DNA of 64,000 nt from an uncultured Candidatus Saccharibacteria bacterium (lineage in GTDB: Bacteria > Patescibacteriota > Minisyncoccia > Phycocordibacterales > UBA2100), in NCBI GenBank assembly GCA_964623775.1, contig CAZUVH010000001.1, positions 40,790 to 104,789 of the forward strand, given 5' to 3'. The first letter of the stretch is position 1; every line of letters starts with the position of its first letter. The notes below the pieces were generated by a model. That model did no database searches and was not told the DNA's origin. It saw only the letters and a list, made by a program, of their open reading frames with translations. Shown here piece by piece: positions 35,297 to 44,885 of the stretch. Made by a program: the position numbers and the translations under genes.

Positions 35297-37510
35297 ATGC
35301 AGAAAAAAGAATATTCCCTCGAAATCGGGGGGAAAACGATGATCGCCGAGTTCAATGACTGGGCTGATCAGGCAAATGGAAGTGTGCTCTTGCGCTACGG
35401 CAACAGCGCCGTACTCGCAACGGTTGTTATGGGCAGTAAAGAGTCGAATCTCGATTATTTTCCACTCTCAGTCGAATACGAGGAGAAGTTTTATGCTGTC
35501 GGCGCAATCCTCGGATCGCGCTTTATGCGACGCGAGGGCAGGCCGTCGGATGAGGCCGTGCTCTCGGGCCGCATTGTGGATCGCACGATCCGTCCACTCT
35601 TTCCGAAAGGTCTGAAACGCGATGTGCAGGTCATCATCTCGGTCATATCGATCGAGGACTACGATACCGATATCCTTGCAGTAAATGCAGCGTCACTTGC
35701 GATCGCCACATCAAACATCCCGTGGAATGGTCCCGTCTCCGCTGTACGCATCGGTATAGAGGATCAGAGCGACGAACTTCTCATTAATCCGACGTACGGT
35801 CAACGCAGCGAAGAGTTGCCGCCTCGCGCACGCATGGATCTCACGGTATCCGGCAAGGACGGTCTTGTGAATATGATCGAGGTCAATGCCCGAGAGGTCT
35901 CCGAAGAGGTGCTCGCAAAATCACTCGCGCGCGCGAGCGAAGAAATCGAAAAGATCCAGACATGGCAGAAAAAGATCATTTCCGAGATCGGTAAAGAGAA
36001 GAAATCGTTTCCTGCTCCAGATCATCCCGAGACACTCGGGGCCATGTGGAGCGAGATCATGATCTCAAAGATCGCGACCTACAAAGGAATCCTCGGAAAA
36101 GAGGAGCTCGGTACGCTCAAAAGTGAGTGGATGAAAGCAGTCACCGAGAAAAATCCGGACATCAAACCCGGCACGATCGACAGCTTCTACGAACACAAAA
36201 TGGATGAATACGTCCACGACCTTGCCATCAAAGAAGGGAAGCGAGTCGACGGCCGCGCATTCGACCAGATACGACCGCTCTATGCACAGGCTGGCGGTAT
36301 TTCCCCAGTCATTCACGGCACCGGCCTCTTCTACCGTGGCCAGACGCACGTATTGGCAGCGCTTACGCTTGGCGGCCCCGGTGACGCACAGCTTCTCGAC
36401 ACGATCGAGTTCCAAGACAAAAAGAAAACATTCATGCTCCACTACAACTTCCCGCCGTTTTCCGTGGGCGAAACGGGGCGCGTCGGTGGTATGAATCGAC
36501 GCATGATCGGACACGGCGCGCTTGCGGAAAAATCGATCCGCGCCGTCCTTCCCGAGAAAGAAGTCTTCCCGTACACGATCCGTATCGTCGCCGATTGTCT
36601 CGCATCCAACGGCTCCACATCGATGGCGACCGTCTGCGCGAGCACTCTCGCACTCATGGACGCAGGTGTGCCGATTTCAAAGCCGGTCGCCGGCATCGCA
36701 ATGGGTATGATGTCCGCCCCAGGCGGATCCGCCTTGGGCGGAAACGAGGGCGTATACAAGGTCCTGACTGACATCCAAGGTCCGGAAGATCACCACGGTG
36801 ATATGGACTTCAAGGTCGCGGGTACTCGCGACGGTGTCACGGGCGTGCAGATGGACGTGAAGGTCAACGGTGTTCCTGTCGACGTGCTCGTCCAGGCTTT
36901 CACTCAGGCGAAGAAAGCTCGCCTTCAAATTCTTGACGTTATCACGAAAGAGATCGCCTCACCGCGACCGGACATTTCTCCTCGTGCACCGAAGATACTT
37001 ACAACACATGTCATGGTTGACCAGATCGGCCTCGTCATTGGTCCCGGCGGTAAGACGATCAACGGCATCCGCGAGCGCACCAAGTGCGATGACATCACGA
37101 TCGAAGAGGATGGCACGATCTTCATCACGGGAAGCAACGGTACTGCAGAAGCTGCACTCAAGGAGGTGGAAGATCTCACGCGCATCCTCCAGGTAGGGGA
37201 TCGCTTCGAGGGCCCGGTCGTACGAATGATGGATTTCGGCGCGTTCGTGAAGATCACGCCAAATCAGGACGGCCTCGTGCATGTATCCGAAGTCGCGCCG
37301 TTCAGGATCGGAAAAATTTCCGATGCGGTGCAGCTCGGCGATGTTGTGCCAGTCGTTATTAAGGAAATCGACGACAAAGGACGTTATAATCTTTCTATCA
37401 AAGCAGCTGATCCAGAGTGGGCCAAACGAAAGGGTCTCACTCCGAGTGAAGGCGGCTCAGATAATTATGGCGGACGAAACAGGGAAGACAGGCCAAGGAG
37501 ACGCATCTAA
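35297..37510 (+). CDS. pnp: polynucleotide phosphorylase
   Basis: Two RNase PH domains, a KH domain (VDQIGLVIGPGGKTIN) and an S1 domain. 737 aa. Confidence 0.95.
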   Translation: MQKKEYSLEIGGKTMIAEFNDWADQANGSVLLRYGNSAVLATVVMGSKESNLDYFPLSVEYEEKFYAVGAILGSRFMRREGRPSDEAVLSGRIVDRTIRPLFPKGLKRDVQVIISVISIEDYDTDILAVNAASLAIATSNIPWNGPVSAVRIGIEDQSDELLINPTYGQRSEELPPRARMDLTVSGKDGLVNMIEVNAREVSEEVLAKSLARASEEIEKIQTWQKKIISEIGKEKKSFPAPDHPETLGAMWSEIMISKIATYKGILGKEELGTLKSEWMKAVTEKNPDIKPGTIDSFYEHKMDEYVHDLAIKEGKRVDGRAFDQIRPLYAQAGGISPVIHGTGLFYRGQTHVLAALTLGGPGDAQLLDTIEFQDKKKTFMLHYNFPPFSVGETGRVGGMNRRMIGHGALAEKSIRAVLPEKEVFPYTIRIVADCLASNGSTSMATVCASTLALMDAGVPISKPVAGIAMGMMSAPGGSALGGNEGVYKVLTDIQGPEDHHGDMDFKVAGTRDGVTGVQMDVKVNGVPVDVLVQAFTQAKKARLQILDVITKEIASPRPDISPRAPKILTTHVMVDQIGLVIGPGGKTINGIRERTKCDDITIEEDGTIFITGSNGTAEAALKEVEDLTRILQVGDRFEGPVVRMMDFGAFVKITPNQDGLVHVSEVAPFRIGKISDAVQLGDVVPVVIKEIDDKGRYNLSIKAADPEWAKRKGLTPSEGGSDNYGGRNREDRPRRRI

Positions 37511-39362
37511 ACAGCAGGACCCTCTGCAGGGCAATGTTCCATTGCCAAAACCAGAGGATATAAAAATAATTCCTCCGGCAATGCCGGTATCGCAAAGGGC
37601 GATACCGGCATTGCCACTTGATGACCTGCTTGCACCCGACACGAGCGAGCTTCCTCCATCAAAAATCATTCCTCCGATTTCGGTGATGCCGTCGGTCTCT
37701 GTAACGCCCACACCCACGCCTCCTCCACCCGCACACGTGCCGCCGAACACTCCTCCGGTACCACCCGCACCAGCGACGCGGCCGGTCCCCCCGGAAGTTG
37801 AACCATTTATCCGCAAGACGACACAGCCGACACCCCCTGTCAGTGTGCCGGTTTCTGACCGTATCACTCCTGTGCCTCTCACCCCTTTGAAGCCTCTCGC
37901 ACCTCTTCCACCCAAACCGGCCCCGATTACACCACCCACTTCTGAGCAAGAAATCCCAGAGCCGGTGATTCTTTCTGAGACTGTGAGGCCAAAAGAAAGT
38001 CCGGTGCCCCCTGGAGCGAGTCCGAATATCGCAGGGGAGAGTGCGTCAGCACCCAACAAATCATGGGGGCCGTTTAGCGACAATATTTCCAACATCCTGA
38101 ACGCCATCAAACTACCCGAGCGATTTGATGCAAAGGCATCGGGCGACATCAAAACCCGACCGCCACAAAAAAATCCAGAACCGATTGTGGTTTCCGAAAA
38201 AGTTGTCCCGACGACGAAACAGCCTGCAGCGCCGATAGGTCATAGTGCACCCGTCCCCACACAATCTGCCGCCCAAGAGACTCCTATTCCGGACGTCGGT
38301 CTCCCAAGTCGCGCCGCTGTATCTACGCATGCGCCTGCAGCTTCCACCCCAAGAATGCCGCTTCCTGATCCGGGGCCGTTTATGCCGCCTCCCCCGGCTC
38401 CACCTCCCGCGCCGCCACAACCAACCCCGGTCGCGAATCCCGCCCCGGCTCCAATGCCCGAGCCTGCTGTAGAGACCGCTCCGGATCACTCGATCACACC
38501 ACTGCGCACGTTTAAAGAAGACCTCATGCATGTGGTCCACGATCGCAAGATCTCACTCGTGAGCGCGGCTGCACTCGAACAAGATAAGAAGCGCGACCTC
38601 CCACAGCCGACTCCGGCGGAAATCGCGATAACACGCCACAAGCGGCGACGCATATTTGCAGTACTGTACACAGTGGTAATCCTCATAGGGCTCAGTGCAG
38701 CGGCGCTCTACGGCGTATACACGGTACAGACCCAGCACGCGACGCCCGCACCAAATCCCAATAACACGTCGATCATTTTTGCGGAGCAGACATTTTCTTT
38801 CCCTCTCCAAGACCTCACTCCCAACGACATCAAGCGCACACTCTCACAATCAAGTGGCTCTTCCAACCCATCTTTAGGCTCGATCACACGCATCGTCCCG
38901 ACCGTGAAAACAGAGGAGGGGGGTGCGCGCCTCGCAACGACGGCGGAATTTTTCAAAGCGATAGACCTTCATGTGTCCGATGATCTCGTCCGTGCACTCA
39001 GCAGCGAATTTTTCCTCGGTATTCATACGATCGACAAAAATTCGGCGATGATCATCATCCCCGTCTACTCATACGAACGTGCGTTCGCGGGTATGCTCGA
39101 CTGGGAAGCGGCAATGAATACTGACCTCGCGCCCGCCTTCACCCCAGTTTCTCAATTCACGACCGATGAAAACGGCCTGCCAAAACGACGCGTGTTTGAA
39201 GATGTCGTCATGCGCAATTACGATACACGTGCGCTCAAAGATGATTCGGGTACGGTCCAGCTGTATTACTCGTTCCCGACACCCAATGTCCTGATTATTT
39301 CCGAGAATCCGTTCAGTTTTACGGAAATACTGAGCCGTCTCCAGGTGCAGCGCAGGCTCTAG
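37474..39362 (+). CDS. proline-rich single-pass membrane protein, hypothetical
   Basis: Track ORF 37281..39362 overlaps the pnp 3' end. The internal Met MADETGKTGQ at ~37474 overlaps the pnp stop by ~37 nt. Long Pro-rich N-region, TM IFAVLYTVVILIGLSAAALYGVYTV, and a C-terminal extracytoplasmic domain. Confidence 0.45.
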
Positions 39363-39391
39363 TACGAAAATTTGATGAAGTTGAAAGAATG

Positions 39392-39435
39392 GTATACCCC
39401 GCACCACTTTTCAAAAAAAGTGGTGCGGGGTATAC
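39392..39435. promoter_or_regulatory. 20-bp inverted repeat GTATACCCCGCACCACTTTT-caaa-AAAAGTGGTGCGGGGTATAC, with TATACT -10 inside the right arm
   Basis: Perfect palindrome. The right arm ends 8 nt before the ATG of the DksA/TraR-like gene. The same arms recur at 56923-56942 and 57015-57033. Confidence 0.55.
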
Positions 39436-39443
39436 TGCACGTC

Positions 39444-39818
39444 ATGAAAAAACTCAGCCAAGTAGAAATCGACGAGCTGCGCGAAGCGCTCGAAATTGAA
39501 GAATCGAATCTTGTAGAAGAATTGGCATCGCATGGTCGCGTACAAAATGAGACCGGCGACTGGCAGGGGAATTCAAGCGGTCTCGAGGGCGAAGAAGCGG
39601 ACCCAAATGACGCTGCTGATCAGATCGAGGAACTCGTCACCAATATTCCACTCGTCGAAGAGCTTGAAGCCCGCCACAACGACGTGGAGGAAGCGCTCGA
39701 GAGAATGGATCAGGGAATCTACGGCATCTGCGAAGAATGTGGCGAACAGATCAAGCTCGATCGCCTCAAGGCCAATCCCGCCGCACGCACCTGCGTCGAA
39801 CACGCGGAGGAAGAGTAA
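39444..39818 (+). CDS. DksA/TraR-family C4 zinc-finger protein
   Basis: C-terminal CEECGEQI...C...C zinc finger and the acidic coiled-coil region typical of the DksA/TraR family. ~124 aa from the MKKLSQ start. Confidence 0.7.
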   Translation: MKKLSQVEIDELREALEIEESNLVEELASHGRVQNETGDWQGNSSGLEGEEADPNDAADQIEELVTNIPLVEELEARHNDVEEALERMDQGIYGICEECGEQIKLDRLKANPAARTCVEHAEEE

Positions 39819-39861
39819 ATTCTATTTGCTCAAGCGGAAAGAGGGAACGGCCTGATTTTTA

Positions 39862-40401
39862 TCAGGCCGTTTTAAAAAGTACTCGCTTCGTTTCTTTTGC
39901 AATCGTTTCGCTCACCTGTTTGTTGTGCACAATGTCGGTTAGGTGATTTGAGTGCAGTTTGATGTGCTCCAGAGCCTGCGGATGCTCTGCCCCCCACCAC
40001 ACGAGTTCATCATACTTGGCAGCAAACGATACGATCGGCACATCGGCACTGAGGGCTCGTGAGTTCAAACTTTGCGTAAAAACTCCACCCCAAGATCGGT
40101 GCGGCGAAAAGATCGTAGCTATTCCACATACCGGTGACCTCTTGAACGAAGGCGAACTCGCACAAGCGATGACGCCGCCCATACTATGTCCGACGAGAAG
40201 CAGTCTCTCTCCATCGTCATGTTTTGCGACCACTTCAGCTGTAAATGAACGCAGTCGTTCAATTTCCCACGGGTGACAAAAATATTCTTCCTCGACCGAA
40301 AATTGGGCCGACGGAAAGACGTCCAGAAACGCCGCCCCCAGATTTTTCCATGGATTTTTGTTTTCGTTTGACCACACGCCACTTATGCCGACGATGCGCA
40401 T
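39862..40401 (-). CDS. alpha/beta-hydrolase fold esterase/lipase-like protein
   Basis: Nucleophile elbow GHSMGG. Length 179 aa. Confidence 0.65.
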   Translation of the reverse strand: MRIVGISGVWSNENKNPWKNLGAAFLDVFPSAQFSVEEEYFCHPWEIERLRSFTAEVVAKHDDGERLLLVGHSMGGVIACASSPSFKRSPVCGIATIFSPHRSWGGVFTQSLNSRALSADVPIVSFAAKYDELVWWGAEHPQALEHIKLHSNHLTDIVHNKQVSETIAKETKRVLFKTA

Positions 40402-40488
40402 TCGCGCCTCCCGGTTTGAGTTCCTAATCTGGTATTACCGCCAATCAGTGAGCGGGTCAAGGCGAATCAGTTCGTCAATATTGCGCAC

Positions 40489-42096
40489 GTGTACATACCC
40501 GCCTACAATGTCCCCACTATGGGGTCAAAGCAGGCGATCGCTTCCGGTTTTGCTCGTGTCTTTGGCGCACAACCGATGCTGCCGAAAGCCACAATCGTCT
40601 CGATCGAGTGCGACATTGTAAAAGGACTGCACGCATTCACGATCGTGGGACTACCTGACAAATCGGTGGAAGAAGCAAAAGATCGCATCGCTGCTGCGAT
40701 CAAAAACACCGAGCCACCAGTCCCGACAGGACGCGAAGAGAACGGCTATGAATCTCCAAAGCGCAGTAATAAAAAGATCGTGCTCTCACTCGCGCCCGCC
40801 GAGCTCAAGAAAGAGGGTGCGGCTTTTGATATTCCACTCGCACTTGCGTTTTTACTTGCATCCAAGCAAGTCAAATTCGATCCCAAGGGAAAAATATTTG
40901 CCGGGGAGCTCGCGCTCGATGGCAGCGTACGAAAAATCCTCGGCACGCTTTCCATTACAGCTGCAGCACGTGACGCAGGTTACACAGACGTCTACATACC
41001 GGCAGAAAATGCCGAGGAGGCGTCGCTCATTACGGGATTGCGAATACATCCGGTCGTTTCACTTCAGGGGCTTGTCGAAGAACTCTCCGGTGACACACTC
41101 ACTGAATACGTACCGAGAATGAAGGATGTTTCATACGAGAGTGCCGACGCCGCACTCGATGAGATCCGCGGGCAAGAGAGCGCGAAGCGCGGTCTCATCA
41201 TCGCCGCAGCGGGCGGTCACAATATCGCGCTTTATGGACCGCCAGGCACTGGCAAGACGCTGCTCGCACGCGCAGCCACCTCCATTCTTCCAGATCTTTC
41301 AGAGGATGAGATAGTCGAAGTAACGACCATTCATTCGCTTGCAGGTGTGTTACACGGCGGCCCGATGTTTCGTCCACCGTTTCGCTCGCCACATCACACA
41401 TCATCATACGCGTCGCTTATAGGTGGCGGTTCATCGACAATCCGTCCTGGCGAGGCAACACTCGCCCACAGGGGAGTGCTCTTCGCCGATGAATTTCCTG
41501 AGTTTCACCGTGATGTGATCAACGCACTGCGCGAACCGCTCGAAGATCGCGTTGTCTCGATTTCACGCGCGAAAGGTTCTGCAATATTTCCCGCGAATTT
41601 TATGCTCATCGCCGCACTCAATCCGTGTCCGTGCGGATTTGCCGGCACCTCGCAATGCCAGTGCATGCCGCACTCTATAGAAAAATATCGCCGCAAAATT
41701 TCCGGACCAATCGCGGATCGCATCGATATGTGGGTGTCGGTCGGACATTTGCCGATCGAGACGCTCTCGACACAACAAAAAGCGGTGAGTGGAGAAACGG
41801 CGCGCGCACGAAGGTCAGTCGCTGATGCGCGCAAACGACAAAGGGAGCGATTCAAGGGTGCACGCGGCATGTCGACCAACGCCGACATGGGACCCAAAGA
41901 AATCGAGTCGCACGCAAACCTCTCTCCGAAAGCTGAGGAGACGCTTGTGGGCGCAGCAAAATCCCTGAAGCTCTCCCCGCGTGGCTACCACCGCACCATC
42001 AAGCTCGCACGCACCATTGCCGATCTCGCCAGTAGCGACACGATCGAGCCTTCACACATGCTCGAAGCTCTACAATATCGCGCACGTGAAATATAA
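40489..42096 (+). CDS. comM: Mg-chelatase-like AAA+ protein ComM/YifB family
   Basis: Lon-like N-domain, Walker A GPPGTGKT and the ChlI-type C-domain. The start could be an internal Met at 40519 or 40576. Confidence 0.85.
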   Translation: MYIPAYNVPTMGSKQAIASGFARVFGAQPMLPKATIVSIECDIVKGLHAFTIVGLPDKSVEEAKDRIAAAIKNTEPPVPTGREENGYESPKRSNKKIVLSLAPAELKKEGAAFDIPLALAFLLASKQVKFDPKGKIFAGELALDGSVRKILGTLSITAAARDAGYTDVYIPAENAEEASLITGLRIHPVVSLQGLVEELSGDTLTEYVPRMKDVSYESADAALDEIRGQESAKRGLIIAAAGGHNIALYGPPGTGKTLLARAATSILPDLSEDEIVEVTTIHSLAGVLHGGPMFRPPFRSPHHTSSYASLIGGGSSTIRPGEATLAHRGVLFADEFPEFHRDVINALREPLEDRVVSISRAKGSAIFPANFMLIAALNPCPCGFAGTSQCQCMPHSIEKYRRKISGPIADRIDMWVSVGHLPIETLSTQQKAVSGETARARRSVADARKRQRERFKGARGMSTNADMGPKEIESHANLSPKAEETLVGAAKSLKLSPRGYHRTIKLARTIADLASSDTIEPSHMLEALQYRAREI

Positions 42097-42108
42097 AGAA
42101 AACCCCGG

Positions 42109-42522
42109 TCATTGACCGGGGTTTTGATTTATGTAGTCAGAGAACATCTGAAAGTGATCGGCGATGAACTCTCCGCTTCGCGATTCGATTTCGGCTCGCG
42201 AGAGGAGAAGTACGCGCGTCTTGCCGGCTTCAGATTTCGGCTTGCCGGTCGCGATACCGCGAAACGCGACGGAGATATACGGGCCGCGAGGATCACGCCC
42301 CGCCGCGTCATACAGCCCGACACTACCTTCGATGAAAAATGAAAGGCCAGTTTCTTCGGCGACCTCTCTCATCACGGCTGCCTCGGAACTCTCTCCCGGC
42401 TCGATCTTGCCGCCGGGGAAGGCGAGACCATACGGCTCCGTCAGGCGCTCAGTGACGACAAACTTGTCGTCAAGCCTCGCCAGGGCGTCCACACAGCGGA
42501 TCGGAATGACACTGTGGCTCAT
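42109..42522 (-). CDS. Nudix hydrolase
   Basis: Nudix box GGKIEPGESSEAAVMREVAEETGL. Confidence 0.75.
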   Translation of the reverse strand: MSHSVIPIRCVDALARLDDKFVVTERLTEPYGLAFPGGKIEPGESSEAAVMREVAEETGLSFFIEGSVGLYDAAGRDPRGPYISVAFRGIATGKPKSEAGKTRVLLLSRAEIESRSGEFIADHFQMFSDYINQNPGQ

Positions 42523-42526
42523 GGGA

Positions 42527-43051
42527 TTACTCCTTTTCCCCGTAGGTCACGAGCGACTGGATCGCCCGCGCACCGAGCTTACCCTTCCCGCCGAGGCCGT
42601 CAAGCTCGATGACGAATGCACATCCCGCGACCGTGGCACCCACCGATTCAATGAGAGCACACGCCGCAGCGGCAGTACCGCCAGTGGCCAAGAGGTCGTC
42701 AACCAAGAGCACCTTCATACCGGCATTCACCGCATCTTTCTTGATCTCGATGGTGTCCTCTCCGTACTCCAGCGAGTAGGTCATCTTGACTGTTTCACCG
42801 GGCAACTTGCCCTTCTTACGCACCATCACGAATGGCACACCGAGTGCGAGAGCGATGGGAGCGCCGAAGACAAAGCCACGGGCGTCGAGCGCCGCGACCA
42901 TATCAACTTTTCCCTTCCACTCATCAGTGACCTTCTTCACGACCCATACAAACACCTCAGGGTTCGCAAGAAGCGGCGTGATATCACGGAACATGATCCC
43001 TTTCTTCGGGAAGTCCGGCACATTTCCGATGACTGATTTGAGATTCATCAT
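42527..43051 (-). CDS. apt: adenine phosphoribosyltransferase
   Basis: PRPP-binding motif VLLVDDLLATGGTA. 174 aa. Confidence 0.9.
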   Translation of the reverse strand: MMNLKSVIGNVPDFPKKGIMFRDITPLLANPEVFVWVVKKVTDEWKGKVDMVAALDARGFVFGAPIALALGVPFVMVRKKGKLPGETVKMTYSLEYGEDTIEIKKDAVNAGMKVLLVDDLLATGGTAAAACALIESVGATVAGCAFVIELDGLGGKGKLGARAIQSLVTYGEKE

Positions 43052-43118
43052 ATCCTCCTGTCAAAGAACTTTTGTATTGTGGAGTACATGTATGAAAAAT
43101 GTTGTCGTGACAGATAGT

Positions 43119-43138
43119 ATGTACTAAATAAAGTACAT
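43119..43138. promoter_or_regulatory. palindromic 20-mer ATGTACTAAATAAAGTACAT (copy 1)
   Basis: Identical to the copy at 43745-43764. Sits ~68 nt upstream of the apt start. Confidence 0.5.
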
Positions 43139-43181
43139 ATGTGTATAAAAAAACCGCGGCCAGATGGCCGCGGCGAAGACG

Positions 43182-43469
43182 CTAGATACTGTGATCGGTC
43201 CCATCGAATACTGCCTGCTTCTTACTCACCTTGCCCCAGACGGAATCGGGCACGTTTTTGACCGCAGAATACGCCCCGCACTGCGGACACAAGATACCTG
43301 GATACTTATGGGCGAAATGCGTTCCGTACCACAGCATCGGCACAAGATCATCGGTTTCGACTTCCAGTTCGGCACCACAGCCCTTACTCTTCATTGATTT
43401 GATGCCCTTGCACTCCACCTTGGTCTTCCAATTCTTGCCGACGTTGCCGTCCTTTAACACCTTAACCAT
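43182..43469 (-). CDS. small zinc-ribbon protein (CxxxxxxxxxC ... CPQC)
   Basis: AGGAGG ribosome-binding site before MVKVLKDG. Four Cys in two pairs. The track ORF starts slightly upstream. Confidence 0.45.
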   Translation of the reverse strand: MVKVLKDGNVGKNWKTKVECKGIKSMKSKGCGAELEVETDDLVPMLWYGTHFAHKYPGILCPQCGAYSAVKNVPDSVWGKVSKKQAVFDGTDHSI

Positions 43470-43477
43470 GCTTCCTC

Positions 43478-43669
43478 CTACCAACTACTGATCGTGATGT
43501 CCTTCTTGCAAGTCGGGCACACCACATATTCACCGCCACACGAACCGCCCATGTCCCGTCCAGACCAACTCTTGAGGTCGTTGGGCACATAGGCGATCGT
43601 GGTGCCACAACCCTTGCAGGTTACCTTCTTCTCGACTTCCTTCGAGGGCTTCGTGCTGATGATCCGCAT
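43478..43669 (-). CDS. small zinc-ribbon protein (CKGC ... CPTC), paralog of the downstream gene
   Basis: GGAGAA ribosome-binding site. 63 aa. VTCKGCGTT... resembles VECKG..GCGAE of its neighbour. Confidence 0.45.
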   Translation of the reverse strand: MRIISTKPSKEVEKKVTCKGCGTTIAYVPNDLKSWSGRDMGGSCGGEYVVCPTCKKDITISSW

Positions 43670-43744
43670 GATGGTTCTCCTTTTTTCAAAGAACTACTTG
43701 TAGGATACCGGGAGGGGGCGAGAAAGTCGTCGATGGTTGTAAAA

Positions 43745-43764
43745 ATGTACTAAATAAAGTACAT
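43745..43764. promoter_or_regulatory. palindromic 20-mer ATGTACTAAATAAAGTACAT (copy 2)
   Basis: 8 nt upstream of the TrmB paralog 3 start, in the divergent promoter region shared with the zinc-ribbon gene pair. Confidence 0.5.
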
Positions 43765-43771
43765 TCAGGAC

Positions 43772-44482
43772 ATGAATCTCCGTGAGACTTTCACACGACT
43801 TGGGCTGCCAAAACACAGCGACGAGATTTTTTCGACTCTGGAGAAAAGCGGACCGTCATCGGTGAGTGCACTCAAAAACGCGACCGGCGTGCATCGCCCC
43901 GCCATCTACCGTTCACTCAAGGCGCTTTTAAAGAGAAGGCTTGTTTCCGAAAAAACGTTTGGCAAGCGAATCTACTACGTGGCTGAATCCCGTGCGCATA
44001 TAACAAAAATCTTTGTGCACACAGCCGAAGAGGTGACACGTCTTGAAAGTGGTGCACCAAAAAATAGTGCGGGGGCAGTCAGATACTTCGAAGGGGAGAG
44101 TGCCGTCACCGCGCTTTTCAATGACCTCGTTGAGCACAGCAGGCGCGGCGACACCTTTTACCGATATACGTCGGAAAAAAACCTCGATCAGGTGAATCGG
44201 CTTTTGCCTTCCGATTACCGCAAGCGTCGAGACGCAAAGAGGCTCGAGCGCCTTGTGATCAGTAATCCCGAGTCGGGCAAGCGCAAACAAAACAGGCTCG
44301 AGCGTTTTATAAAATTCCTCGGCTCAGAAAAAGAATCGTTCCATCAAAACGCAATCCAGCTCATCTACGGAGATCGCCTCGCGTTTATTGATCTCAATAC
44401 ATTCAAAGGCTTCATTATAGAAAACAAAACCCTCGCCGAATTCCAAAAAACGATCTTCCGAGCGCTCTACAAGCGTCTTTAG
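43772..44482 (+). CDS. TrmB-like HTH transcriptional regulator (paralog 3)
   Basis: N-terminal wHTH LGLPKHSDEIFSTLEKSGPSSVSALKNATGVHRPAIYRSLKALLKRRLV, with a C-domain collinear with the other two paralogs. Confidence 0.65.
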   Translation: MNLRETFTRLGLPKHSDEIFSTLEKSGPSSVSALKNATGVHRPAIYRSLKALLKRRLVSEKTFGKRIYYVAESRAHITKIFVHTAEEVTRLESGAPKNSAGAVRYFEGESAVTALFNDLVEHSRRGDTFYRYTSEKNLDQVNRLLPSDYRKRRDAKRLERLVISNPESGKRKQNRLERFIKFLGSEKESFHQNAIQLIYGDRLAFIDLNTFKGFIIENKTLAEFQKTIFRALYKRL

Positions 44483-44483
44483 A

Positions 44484-44783
44484 CTACACCTCGGTCTTTG
44501 CGAGCTGCCTAACGACTTCCGAGGGAGAGGCCCCGATGATCTTCGCCTTCATAATGCGATGATTGTGGAGTCCCCAGAAGAAGATAAAGACGGCCGTCGC
44601 GAGTGAAAGGGGCCCGAAGATCATTGCTTCAAATGGCGTGGCGAATTTGAATATAACGATTGCGGCACCGATGAGACCCAGTGACGTGCGCACATAGGAG
44701 AGGAGAGTGCTTTCATTGGCGAGAAGTGTACGATCACGTGCCATCTCTAATTGATCGTATGTTTCACTGTGATACTCGAACAT
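44484..44783 (-). CDS. DUF202 (YidH-like) small membrane protein
   Basis: RDRTLLANESTLLSYVRTSLGL signature followed by two TM helices. Confidence 0.55.
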   Translation of the reverse strand: MFEYHSETYDQLEMARDRTLLANESTLLSYVRTSLGLIGAAIVIFKFATPFEAMIFGPLSLATAVFIFFWGLHNHRIMKAKIIGASPSEVVRQLAKTEV

Positions 44784-44885
44784 ACTAAAAGTATACGCCT
44801 ATTGCTACTATACTTTTTACTATGCTCCCGGAAAGGGGATAACGCAAGAGAAAAGGCCAGTCCGTCGCCGGATTGGCCTTTAAAA

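Noticed and set aside
42109-43051. Nudix plus phosphoribosyltransferase pair as a possible defence module
   Set aside because: Apt has the canonical housekeeping PRPP motif and length. The neighbourhood (comM, hydrolase) is housekeeping. Only the upstream TrmB-type operator is unusual, and it is reported separately.
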